This document shows, piece by piece, positions 1 to 11,709 of a stretch of 64,000 nucleotides of DNA. The stretch lies in the NCBI GenBank assembly GCA_050575255.1, contig JBNZDD010013632.1:2302480-2366479 (forward strand), read 5' to 3'. Within the stretch, counting starts at the first letter, position 1, and each line of letters begins with the position of its first letter. This DNA is from Harriotta raleighana (lineage: Eukaryota). A program made the translations under genes and the position numbers. The notes below the pieces were generated by a model. That model was not told where the DNA came from and searched no databases. It saw only the letters and a program-made list of their open reading frames with translations.

Positions 1-3000
1 CGTGTAACAGTCAAAATGTTTAAATGGATGTGTTCAACCATTCGTTTAAACTCAAGTAAGTCAAAGTACTCCAGGATCCCGATTGAAAAGCTGGACAAAT
101 ACTGAAATACAAGTTAAGGGCAAAAAAAAGAAAAGCCCTTCAGCCTTCTCTGATTTGAAAGAACAAGCTGCTAACCAGATGAAGGCCTAGTTTAGCACTA
201 AAATTAAAATAGTGTAGAGGAAACAAGAGAACCATCACTGTCTTCTATTTCAGCAACCTCTCGAAATGGCACTAAACCTGAATTTGGGGTTTGACAAGAA
301 CCTCTAGCAGATTCTATTGCAACACAATACATCACCTCACTTGATGGTGAAATCCCCTGAAGCACTTTGAGGCATCTCAACAACGTCATAAGGTGACAAA
401 TCAAAATGTGAGGATTAGTATCATGCCCCAGATCAAAACCTCTTAGTTTGACAATATGTTTCCCTATGTTTCCAGTTAATTAATGTGTGTGTTTCCAAGG
501 CTTATATTTGTTCATTGCTCTTTATTTCCGACAACTTATTATTTCTCCGGGTTCCCTTTTTCCCCCCATTAAATTTCTCTGTCGACACCTATGTAAGAGT
601 GAGCATGTGAGATAAAACATTCATTTAAAAAAAACACTGAAGCAATACAAAAGTAGACTTTTCTTTAGACTCTTCCAGCGGATTTTGCTTTTAGGAAGGG
701 AACGTGCAATGCCTATCAAAATCTAGTAAAGTTCCATACAATTATCCTGTTTGAACCCTGCCTGTCCAGAAGTTAGTAAACCTTTTTGTGATAAGAACTG
801 TGTGAATCCCAAGCAAGTAGGAATATCAGCTATTTGGGGCATCGCAGATTTTTGAATTTCAGATTGATATTTTCTGTTCATTACCAAATTTTAACTTGGC
901 ACCTAATGAAGATTTCCAGTTTTGTATTGACATGAAATAACCACCCCTGGCAAGTTTGATTTACCGTGAAATTTAGTTTTGTTTAAAGACAGATGTTTAT
1001 ATTATATGCAGCAGGATTATTTCACATGGAACAATCGTAGCTTGTCTTTTACCCCCTCTCTTCCCCTAAACTGCCTTCTTTTTGCCCAGTTGATGCACCT
1101 CTTTATTACAGTCAATGATTCTTTACATCTGTGGAGTCTCCTTCTTTATGAATCAGATTCAGTTCAACAAATATTTTTACAGGATAGAAAATAAACAAGA
1201 ATAAAAATTTGAACAAAACCCTCTCAAATGACCAGATTTAGCGCTTCATTGAGAACCTTTACATAAATACACGGGTCAGTGAAGAGGTCAGAGTCAAAAG
1301 ATTTCCATTATAGTAACACTTTGAGTCATTTACTTAAGATGTATCACTGGATGCTTTACTTTTGCAGATTTGTTAAAGGCAAACTCAGTAAATTCTGCAA
1401 ACCTCTTCTGGTTGCAACTTGGTATCCAGATAAACACATATATTAGCGAAAACTATGGAAGCATTTTTCAATTTTTTAAAAATGTATTCACCTCTGGCTT
1501 TGATTTGGATGTATGGGAACAAGTAAAAGAGAAATATTAAATGGAATAATGCATTGGGAGGGATACAGAGGAAAATAAGCTCAGTTATATCTCTGATTTA
1601 ATTTAACCAGATTGATCCCCAAAATGGCAATGAATCAAAAGACTATATGGCTGAGAAACTAATTGTTTAGTGTTTTTATTTAAGTTTCATACCCTGGTAA
1701 TAGATTGAAGGGAAGCTTCAGGGATATGTAATTTTATTTTCCTGGCATTTCCTTTAAGTGTTTGGGAACTCTTTGTACGGACAGAGAAGGAGCCAGGAAC
1801 ACGGGAAACAATTGAACGGGAAGCTTAGGCAAGAAAGAAGGGACGCACAGTGAATGTTCGTGTGATTACTGCATGTCACTTGCAATGAGACATAAATCTA
1901 GATTCAGCATGTGTGCACAAATAATTTTTCCTATGGGAAAATACAAACAAATAAATGTATAAAAAATCTCTCAATCGTTTTTTGCCATCTGTGAATTATA
2001 TTTGGGAAAGCTGACTTCAAATAGTAAAATCCTGAGGGGATTCAAGGCTCTGACAGCACAGAACTGCCTCATGTCATCTATTTTACCTGTCCCTGTTACA
2101 GTTTCTGTTCCATTTAACCTTTGACCCTTTTGGAATTGCTTTAGTATTTCTACATTGCACTAAAAACCACAAAAATGAAATCATTTGTAAGTTTTATTTC
2201 CAATTCCTATATTGAGCAGCTTTCTGTTGTGGTTTCCAATCTGACTAACCATATTAATATTCCAAATTCGCAGAATATTAGCCTCAGGTTATTCAGTGGA
2301 GAGAGGAGTTTGAAACAAAGAGCATTTAAAGAATCCAGATCACTATTCCTGTATGTTTCCTCCAGGTGTGTCTGAATCCCAATCTTAACAAAGCAACACA
2401 GAAATGTTCATTATAGAGGACATTCATTCGCCCATAATGTCTGCCACAAATGAGATGCTGTTAAAACAAATGTCCTTTTTGTCTTCCTATTTCCTAGATC
2501 AAATGTCCTCACTCGCCAGTTTGTGTTAAATTAAGGGCTTTGTGTTGGAAGACTTACATCCACTTGCAAACTCGTGTGATGCAAGACCCTATAACTTCAG
2601 GCGCAAAACCATTCATTCCCTTTCCACAGTGCCATCGAGTCCATGAAATTTGCAAATGATCAAAATCGATAGCTTTTGAATTCAGAAGATAGCAGATTTG
2701 AGTGTTGAGATTGATCATTCAAATCTGCCTGCCTCAGAAATGTAATCAGATCCTAGCTGATGTGGTAAGTGGAGTTCAGTTCAGGGTTGGTTCTCTGCTA
2801 TGAAGAGGACAATTCATGGGGCAACTTTGAATCTAAGCCTCCTCTCCCATTGACCTATTGTGAAGGTCAATCGCTTCAATCGTTTCCCTCTTTCCCAAAG
2901 GATCAGAATGTGTGATGAGCAAGTGGGAGAAAATTGGAATTAAAGAATGTTTTTTTAAAAAAAAAACTGATTTGATGGTGGGATCATTTGAGAGTTGCAT

Positions 3001-3195
3001 TCAACTTTTTCTCATTGAATATATTGGAATTGCTTCCCCCCACACCTATCCCAACATATTCAATTTGAAAACCTTTAGCCTGAAAACTCAGTCTGAAGAC
3101 TTTTAACTCGAGAAACGTAACAAAATCTTGATGGGGGGGAGGGGGGAATAGCCCAGAACATTTTTACTATTGGGAATAACTAAGTTGTCGCCTAC

Positions 3196-3261
3196 CTGGT
3201 ACTGCTGGAGTTTCAAGCTGATTGCCACAGTGTTCAGCTTCTATCTCAGGCATTACCGCAT
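3196..3261 (-). CDS. DACH2: DACH2 penultimate-type exon, 66 nt: (D)AVMPEIEAEHCGNQLETPAVP
   Basis: Not in ORF track. Acceptor cctgctttttag|AT, donor CAG|gtaggc. PEIE matches the recalled Dachshund P[ED]IE C-terminal motif. Confidence 0.88.
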
Positions 3262-4565
3262 CTAAAAAGCAGGAAGGTTTTAAACATAATTTTTAACCAG
3301 CAGATTTTGTTTTATTTAAACTGAGAAATCCTTGTGCATCTGAAATACAATATGTTGATTTGGTAAAAAGAGTGAGCCCTGGCTTGTGTGGCAGCTTATC
3401 ATGTGATCACTAATGAGCAAAAGGATTTTCTTCCAACAGTTCAGTAACTCTATTAACCTCTGATCCCATCAAATCCACAACGTGCATAATGTTCCATGGC
3501 TAATTTTTACACACATCAGAATGTGTGTGACTATAATTAAAATGTGTTCATTATACATAATGAAAAGCTATAATACAATCTGGAAATGAGTCACAGACAT
3601 GTGCAAAATCAATTCATTCATTCATTTGTTATTATGTTCACAATGTGTGGTTTCTGGTGTGACTGTACTTGGAATAATGAGACGAGGTTATGTTTGTAAA
3701 ATAAATTTGAGATTCCCCTGTTTTGTGCTGACCAGAAATGCATAGCAAGCTCTGAATTAGCAGTTTATTTTTTGTTTGCAGCAGATTCCTCACTTGGCAG
3801 ACTTCTTGTGTAAATGCGACTAAATGCTTTAAGTCACAAAGGATGTGAGGCAAGAGTGGCAATCATCATTGAACTGTTGCTTCCACGGTTTTGTGTGGCA
3901 CTTAGGTCACAGAGCATATTAATAAAGGTTTTTGTTTAAGGATGACTTCTCATCTTCTGCTGTAAATGATTTTAAAGTTATAATGTTTTGCTGAGTGTTA
4001 TTTAATTGAAAGACAAAGGCAACGTTTATTTGCATCTGGCACAGTAATCAGGGGAACAAATTGGCACATTATATTTCTTCACTTCTGCTGTTTGCATAGG
4101 TTCCTCCATCCATAGCTAAGCAATCAATCATGATACAAACCCCCTATGTAACAGTGTGCCCCACTTTACCCTGTAGCAAAAGAAAATCAATCAGCTTAAA
4201 TTTGTATTGGGAAATGAACTTCAAAAGCCAAGTATCATGGTTCAGTGAAGATTAAAACCTTAGCCCGCTAAATAAACAGTCATTCTATATGGCTAACATT
4301 TTTCAGGTTATAATTGAGAACTTTGGGGGGTTTTTCCGACCCAATATTTGCATTCACAATGTCTGTATTGCAAAGGGTAGAAACTTTAATCCTTCAAAAT
4401 GTATGTGGAAATTGTATATTTTCTTCCCCTCTCTTTTAGAGCAATTGTTTAATTCATGTTTTAGTTTCAAACCAAACAGCCTTTTCTCAGACTGAGCCAA
4501 CTGATGAAGTGATTGCTTGCACTACAAGCTTGGCCACTTAACTAAGTATAAAACAGTAGTCATAC

Positions 4566-4709
4566 CATTGAGGACCCTGAGATTTTCTGAGGATGTTGCT
4601 TGTTGTAAAGCTTGCTCCACTTGTTCCCGTCGCTTTGACTCAAACTCCAGTGCTTCTTGCAATTTCCTCTTTGCCTTTTTCTCTTTCTTCAGTCGCTTTT
4701 GAATTGTTG
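4566..4709 (-). CDS. DACH2: DACH2 exon, 144 nt: (A)TIQKRLKKEKKAKRKLQEALEFESKRREQVEQALQQATSSENLRVLN(D)
   Basis: Acceptor tatttcag|CA, donor G|gtatga. Contains the basic motif QKRLKKEKKAKRKLQEALE. Confidence 0.97.
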
Positions 4710-5190
4710 CTGAAATAGCCATGGAGAGGTTTAAAGCCGTTAGGTTGACATGATTCACTGATTAAAATAGATACAAACTATAAAAGACTTAAGATTCTAC
4801 CTGATTCGTTGATTATCTTCAGTATTTTCTTTTTATAAAATTAGATAGATATTATCTCAAACACAATCAATAACTTGTTTTGGGAAAGGATAGGATTTTG
4901 TGCTGAAGATTTATTTTGATTTATGCCTTCAAATTGCAAGCAACTCTTAAAGGTTAAAATCAGGTGGTTAGGTATTTGCCAGTAATGCTTCTGGTGTGCA
5001 CCAAATCCAAGCACACAACCGTAGTCACAAATATTGTGATGTGGTCATACAGCTGAGTGTAAAGCAGCTTCTCTCCCAAGAAAATGATATGGAGCAATAT
5101 CTGTGCTGCAATTTACAGAATAATATTCAGTGTATGCGTCATCTCATCAATAGCACTTCCATAAACTGTGCACATAACAAGCTTTTGGTG

Positions 5191-6298
5191 GCGGAGGAGG
5201 GTTAGGCGCTGCCACCGCCGCTACCGAAACCGCTGCCGCGACCAGAACCTCTACAACTACCGAGGACCCGGGCACAGGAGGCAGATCTACACCCCGTGCG
5301 TCTGCGTCTGCGGGGAGCTAGCACGGGTACATCCGAGCACGGCGTCGTCTTCGGTGGACACGGACGTGGGGAGCTCGCTCATCGGCGACATGTTCGAGCG
5401 GCTCCCGCCTGGAAGGCCTTTTGCCTGATCCGGTGCTGCAGGCGGCGGACCAGCTCGTCGCGGGAGATCCCGGCGGCGGTCAAGCTGCTGCCGCCGAGCA
5501 AACTGGCCAGACACACCGTGTCCGAGGTACCAGAGCCGTCACCGAATCACCTGGTCACCAGCTGAGGAGCCACTCGTTTTTTTTTACCACACTGGGCCTA
5601 GTTCCCGCCTTTTCGAATATCGTCCAGGCGGGCAGCGAGGACAGTGAGCAATTGCTGGACTGTTGTTAATGGTTGCTGTTGTTGCTTTTGCTGCTGTTAT
5701 TGTTGCTTTTTTGTTTGTTTATTGTTGTTGATATTGTTGTTTGTTGTTGTTAATACCCCCACCCCCTAACCTTTCCCCCTCCTTTGTCCCCCTCCTTTTT
5801 CTTCTTCTTCTTCCCTCCCTCCCTTTCCCTCCCTCTTCCCTCTTACTTCCATCTGATTTTCTCCCAGATATTGTCCCCCTCTTCCCTCTTACCCCTCTCT
5901 TCCCTCTTATCCCCCCTTCTCTCCATTTCTCCCTGATTTTGCCCTCTACCCACCTTTCCCTCCCTCTTCTCCCTTGCTCCCTCCTTTTCTCTGATTTGCC
6001 CCTTGCCTTCTTTTCTCCCCCTTTTCCTCCCTGATTTTACCCCATCGCCTTTCACCACCGTCTCCCCCCTTACCCTTTTTTTCCCCTTTCTCCCCTGGCC
6101 CCAATTCCACAACTGTTTGTGGGACACTGCTGTGTGCAATTTGGCTGCCGCATTTCGCCCACAAATATACAGTTGTTTTTTCCTGTACTTCTTCCCCCTG
6201 CTCCCTACTTGCTCCCTACTTGACTGTACAGAGCCTTGGGGCGTCCTCCCGACATGAAAGGCTCTATATAAATGTAATCTTGATTGATTGATTGATTT
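5191..6298 (+). mobile_element. Composite non-autonomous retroposon: GC/CpG-rich head, (TTG)-like microsatellite, C/T tract, SINE-derived body, L2-type tail, (TGAT)n
   Basis: Flanked by the 8-bp direct repeat TTTTGGTG (5183-5190 and 6299-6306). 6103-6172 matches the SINE body at 23378-23447. 6221-6278 matches L2 3' ends at 21930-21986 and 54420-54477. Confidence 0.75.
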
Positions 6299-6398
6299 TT
6301 TTGGTGAAGTAAGAATAGAAAAAGTCATTTAGAATAATTGAAAATGGGTTATAGTCCAAAGATTTTTAGGAATATTGAAAAAAAATTCAGATTAATGA

Positions 6399-6625
6399 AA
6401 CAAAAGCAGAAATCGCTGGTCAGGCAGCATCTATGGAGAAAGCAAAGTGAGTCAACATTTTGGGTCCATGACCATTCATCAGAACTGTTCTGACGAAGGG
6501 TCGCAGACCCGAAACATTGACTCACTTTTCTTTTCTCCATAGATGTTACCTGACCTGCTGACTGTTCCCAGCAATTTCTGGGTTTTTTCAGATTTCTAGC
6601 ATTTGCAGTATTTTGCGTTTTTGTT
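6399..6625. mobile_element. Penelope-like-derived palindromic element with two degenerate hammerhead ribozyme cores
   Basis: Imperfect inverted repeat centred on 6486 (arms about 6418-6485 and 6487-6555). Plus strand: CTGACGA-A-GGGTC-gca-GACCC-GAAA (6490-6514). Mirror core on minus strand: CTGATGA-A-tGGTC-atg-GACCc-AAAA. Confidence 0.75.
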
Positions 6626-8521
6626 CACATTAATGAATATGTGTGACTGGCAATCATACCCCAGCTTCCAACTTCTAACACAAATGTTGCACATCTGGAT
6701 TGTATTACAAAGGTACTTGAACTGCAATGCCATTGCTGCTGATTTTGCTTTATCATTGTAAATAACTATTGCGATCAAGAATGTTTGCTAAATAGATTTC
6801 CCACTGGGAATTAATTTCCTATTCATAAATTTTTCATTTAATTACATAAGCTATTTAATTGGATAGAAGTCATCTGCCCCAAGATTCCCAAATCAGGCAG
6901 AAAATGTTGGTAGTGTCACCATTTGAATATCTGGAAAAGGAGATTCTGAAGCTCTGAAACACTAAACCGAATGGTTTGGTCTTAAAAAGACCAATCTGAT
7001 CTTCATCCATTGTGGAATGGTTTAGAATTCCAAAATGTATAAATTAATCGTGATTAATTCTCTGCCTAAATCGGAATAAGTGAGATGAAGGTGAAAGGAG
7101 AGATTTCTATCTGGTGAAGACAAGCCATTGGCCAGATCATAAAAGGGGCAACCAATTTTAAAGCCACTTTGATTCTCAATATATGCAATACTGCTGTACT
7201 AAGCCTTTTTGGACTATAAATGGTGGCTGAAGGGAGTGTTCACTTTAAACCACAAAGCAACAGGAGTTTAGTCTCAGTTGTCATAAACCACTAGTTTATC
7301 AGGGTACATGTATGGCACCAAATAAAACACAGTTGAATCTTGATAAACCTATAAGTAGTTTGCCAAAAAATACGCACTTGACTGCAGATTTACATGAGCT
7401 GCAGATAAAAAGTAGCTAATTTGCAAATCGCTCTTCCGCTTTTCACCATTTTAAGTGTAAACCTGTATTTTATAATTATCAGATCAGACTTCTAAAAGTA
7501 CGCTGCTGCGTCTGGGTGAAGTGTGGTTGTGGTTAGTTTCATTTAGTGCTCAGCATTAAAACCTGGATAATTTAATGAGTGACTAACTTGCTGCTCTAAT
7601 TGGCTGTGTTTCAAAGTGATGATGTGTGCCTTCGCAACCAAGAATTTGCAAGTGGTAAATCTCGGGGCCCAAAAGGCTGGTATAACCAGAGGGGATAAAG
7701 TCATGGGGTGCAATTACCAGCACTGCTTCCATCCACCTTCTGGTGGTTAGTACAGATGGCCATCACGTCAAAGATTGCTTTTTTAGTTTGGCCATAACAT
7801 CCAGACTTTTTCAAGAAGAGCTTTTTTAAAATAAAAAAAGGGAAACTGAGCAATGTTTCATATCAGCATCAACTTCAATACAATGGGGGTGATTGTAAGT
7901 CATTCAATGCATTACAAAGCTGTGCTTGAACTGTGTATTCATTAATTCCAAAGTTAACTGCAATTTAATGAAACCTAATTTTAATCTCTATAATGTACTT
8001 AGATGCAACTAAGTACTTAAATGTCAGAACAAGGTTATACTTCACAAATTGAAAACCACATCAATTTCTATTTGCTATGATCATGTCAGATATAATGACG
8101 TGCGGTAATATATTTTTTTATTTGCCCTCTGTATTGATTCAATATATTTTTGAAATTTTTTTGCTTCACTTTGTCAAATATTTAGCCACATCACTGGAGT
8201 AATACAGTATTTTCAGGGCTCTTTTTACTCCCTCTTGTTCCCATCAGCACTCTGTCTTGTTCTCTGGGACCTTCTTAGCAAAATAATTATCCTGAGGAAA
8301 CTGAGAGTAATTTTGTTTCTGGAGTTGAGAGTCACTGGAAATATGTTTGGCAACTTGACATATTTGTAAGAACATCTTGACTATATGCTGCTCCTCAGTA
8401 AGTGCATTGAACTCTACCATCCACTTCTGTGTTGTTTGAGCCGTTGATATGCCCTAACCAAACAGTCAAACACTTTTATCATCCCCTGGTTCAATTGTAT
8501 CTCACCGTCCACCAAACTCAC

Positions 8522-8669
8522 CTCTATTATGCTGTTCTGCCGTGAGTTGCCGCTCTAAGGTTTCTCTCATTTCTCTCTCCCTGAAGAGCTCCAGCTTGAG
8601 TTCTTTCTTCTCCTGTTGTATCTGCTTTTCCTGCACACGTGCATTGTCTACAGCCACCTTCAACAAGCC
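8522..8669 (-). CDS. DACH2: DACH2 exon, 148 nt: GLLKVAVDNARVQEKQIQQEKKELKLELFREREMRETLERQLTAEQHNR (DACHbox-C coiled coil)
   Basis: Acceptor cttccacag|GGC, donor AG|gtgagt. Confidence 0.97.
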
Positions 8670-8716
8670 CTGTGGAAGCACAGCATGTAAATTCAAGCAG
8701 TAATATAGTCAATAAA

Positions 8717-8820
8717 GATAATAATAATCCTTGCATTTGATATAGAGCTTTTCACGTCTTCTAGACATCTCAAAGAGCTTCACAGAATATACTGTAAAGT
8801 GAATTAACTGTATATTTGTG
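8717..8820 (-). mobile_element. 5'-truncated tRNA-SINE 3' tail
   Basis: Reverse complement of the tail gtgaagc..tttgagatgtctaga..gtgaaaagc.ctatatcaaatgcaaggattattatt shared with 23440-23540. Confidence 0.85.
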
Positions 8821-10206
8821 TGTAGCATGCCTTTCAAAATGCATGTGACACTTAAGCCTTAATAATGTACAAGGCAACGTAATCTGTCTAAACAAACTCA
8901 CTATTACATCCATACTGCCCATTAGTCTTACTTTGAATGGAATAAAACCAGAACTCTATTCCTAGCTGAACAAATGCATATTACGCTCAACACATTTTAG
9001 AAGTGGAATAGAGGATGATGTCATTATTAATCGATTGAAAATGATATTCACTAAAGTCTGGTGGTGCTTGATATCTAAACATCTGTGACAACTCAAGCCC
9101 TACTATAGATTATTGCTGGACATGATTCTTCTGGCATTTGTGCTGCTAGTAATTTATGGAAATAAGATTCTAAATCTGTAAATGCCTCAGATTTTCCTGA
9201 ACCCAGTTATCTTCAAATGAGATGTCATTTCCTGAGGAAAATGTCTCATGATCCAGTCAACAATCTTTTTTTAACCAGAATTACTTCTGAAACTCTCCCA
9301 ATGTTGCCGTGTCCTGACTTCAGTTACAGAGCCAAATACTGTATTCTCCCAATGCCCTAGTTATACTGCACAAGTCAGTGTAATTTCATGAAGTAACATC
9401 CACAACTTTTCATTCCCTTGAGATTGTGGTCATTGAAGGCAATGCTGTCATCTATGCTTTTAAATAGAATCTCATTATTCTGAATGCTCAGTATTAGACC
9501 ACAAAGACCTCAGACACTGGACAGTTGAGGACTTCCACCACATTGACCAGCAATGTAACTAAATCCAACACACTGAGTCCATTTTGTTTTTATCCTTATT
9601 CTACTGCCTTTAAATTGAATGTGAAAATTTCAAAATAAATATTGAATTTTATATCAATCTCCTGATGTGGAAGGTGCTATACAAATGTAATTTGTTGTTG
9701 TTGAAATGAGAGATCCTCCCCTTTCTACAGTACTTTTTTTCTACCCCTGTTTTAAAAACAATTGATAAATGGTTTTAGTGACGATGTCATTATTTTGTAG
9801 CCCCCTATAATGCTGGTTTTTAGGAGGATTTATTTCCAACTTTATCCAACTATATTTGTGTGGGAAAATGATATTCACAAAGTAGAACCATATTTCTTCA
9901 GTATTGGAGTGAGGTCATTCCAATGGTATTTGTTATGCAATGCAAAATGTGAGATGTTAAGTGCCTAATTACATAATTAATCATTATTAACTGCAATTTT
10001 CTGTATTTGTTGCATCACTGCTTTCAAAAATTTGGCCTTTTGTTGAAGGAGGGAATTAGGTTCTTACACATTAAAGAAAATGTTCATCTACTAAAGACAC
10101 ATTTTACAGGATTCTTTTCATTACTTTGAGGAAAAGGATTGAAATATGGTTAAGATAAATAAGAGACCTGCTTGAAATATATTATCATTCAGATTGGGGA
10201 ATGTTA

Positions 10207-10502
10207 AATAATAATCCTTGCATTTTGATATAACGCTTTTCACGTCTTCTAGATGTCTCAAAGCGCTTCACAGAATATACTGTAAAGTAGATTGACTGTA
10301 TATTGATGGGCAAAACATGGCAGCCAATTATGCACAGCAGTGACCCACAAACAGTCGTGGATTGAAACAACCAATTTTTTTTTTAAGAGATTATTATTAG
10401 GCATGTGGAGTAAGGAAAGTTGCCCAAGATTTTGCCCTGCCTGGAACTGAACCCAGGTCTCTCACTTGTAAGGCAAGTGGTCTAACCACTGAGCTACAAT
10501 AC
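10207..10502 (-). mobile_element. tRNA-derived SINE with Deu/L2-type tail, near full length
   Basis: Minus strand has A box (tagctcagtgg) and B box (ggttcagttcc); colinear with 23221-23540; ends in (ATT)n. Confidence 0.9.
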
Positions 10503-10574
10503 TTCAACACTGAGGGTAACTTGGCCAGATTCAACCAAGACAAATATCATTTCTGAAAGAGTTAGGGTGTACCA

Positions 10575-10850
10575 GTAACCACAGGTTCCAAGTTTAATTC
10601 CAGTCTGTGCAGAGTCAGCTTAATCCAGCCTGGAAGAATATTAGAATTAGTTTTAGCAACTCAACCAGTGAGAAGGTGATGAGGCCTCCTGCAATGTATG
10701 CACATGTTGAAGTGAAAACAAGTTTCTGAGGTTGTGTAGGAAGAATAAGTACTTAGGGCAACTAGCATAACCTCCCTGGCACTGGTGCCAATGGAACTGT
10801 GTCTTAATATGAGTCAGCGACTTCAAATAAGGAAGAGAAAAAGGTTAAAA
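10575..10850 (+). mobile_element. Ancient decayed SINE family copy (AmnSINE2-like, tentative name)
   Basis: Shares tctgtgc.gag..agct.a...cagcc and the 3' gcc.atggaac motif with 21675-22130, 28060-28370, 43150-43386 and 45660-45985. Confidence 0.5.
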
Positions 10851-11563
10851 ACAAAAATCAAACTATGATCTGAGAGTCCATCCTGTAAATCCTAGAGAGA
10901 ATACATAGAAGGCTGATCGTATCCAAAGCATATTTGGATGTAACCCAAGAGAGGATTTAATTTGATTCAACAAAATATACATAATCCAATTCGATAAGGA
11001 TCTCAACTAAACCAGTATTTAAATCTCACTGCAATTCAATCTGACTTATCCAATTATTTTTAAAACTTATTTTCATAATTAGTTTTATTGTAAATTCAGA
11101 TTTTTTTTCTCTGGATTCCTCAACCATTATCCTTATTGAGATGTTAATCCACAGGTGAAATGCAGTGTTCTCTGTCCTCTACCCCCAAAAAATAACTTTC
11201 TTAACTTTTTGACAAAATGACGACTAGAATTTGTCACTGTGTTTCAAGAGCACAAAAATGCAAATATTCCCTGTTTGAAATCAAGAGCAAATTCTTGTTT
11301 GTTTTCAATGTTCTATATCCAGATTTTACAAACTCCAAACTGCAGTGGATATCAGTCATTAAAATTGAACTTGATCTATTTCACTAGTAATCTCCCAATA
11401 CATAGGCAAACATGCAGACAATATTCTTTTTAGCACTCAAACAATGTCAAGCATGTATATGCCGAGCTATAACCACCGTAAAGCATGATTGACACCACCA
11501 TTCCCCCACCCCCCGCCCCCCACATTACATACACAGCAGCAGCTAAATGTTGACCAGGTTTAC

Positions 11564-11709
11564 CTGAATGTTCGTTAGTAGAGTTTCTATTGAAGACAAT
11601 CCGTCAGCAAATAAAAATGGTGCAGGGAACCCAGGGGGTAAGGCCTGACCAGCCATGTGAAACTTTTCAATGCTGGTTCTGATTGCTGGCATCACAAGTT
11701 GTGTCTCAT
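11564..11709 (-). CDS. DACH2: DACH2 exon, 146 nt: (D)ETQLVMPAIRTSIEKFHMAGQALPPGFPAPFLFADGLSSIETLLTNIQ (start of DACHbox-C)
   Basis: Acceptor tgttgcag|AT, donor CAG|gtaaac. Contains the SSIETLLTNIQ motif. Confidence 0.96.

Noticed and set aside
204-277. Candidate terminal exon (G)LVPFREVAEIEDSDGSLVSSTLF-stop
   Set aside because: In phase, but weak pyrimidine tract and no resemblance to recalled Dachshund C-termini (..Y.K...MY-stop); the last exon is probably beyond position 1.
2083-2159. Another possible terminal exon after gtggtttttag
   Set aside because: Peptide (VQCRNTKAIPKG..) shows no Dachshund similarity and there is no other support.
5168-6328. Cluster of overlapping ORFs (61-161 aa) on both strands
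   Set aside because: By-product of GC-rich and low-complexity C/T sequence in the composite retroposon; no domain recognisable.
8500-8521. Second donor-like site (G|gtgaga) 16 nt downstream of the 8522 donor
   Set aside because: Would shift the frame; the upstream AG|gtgagt is a better consensus.
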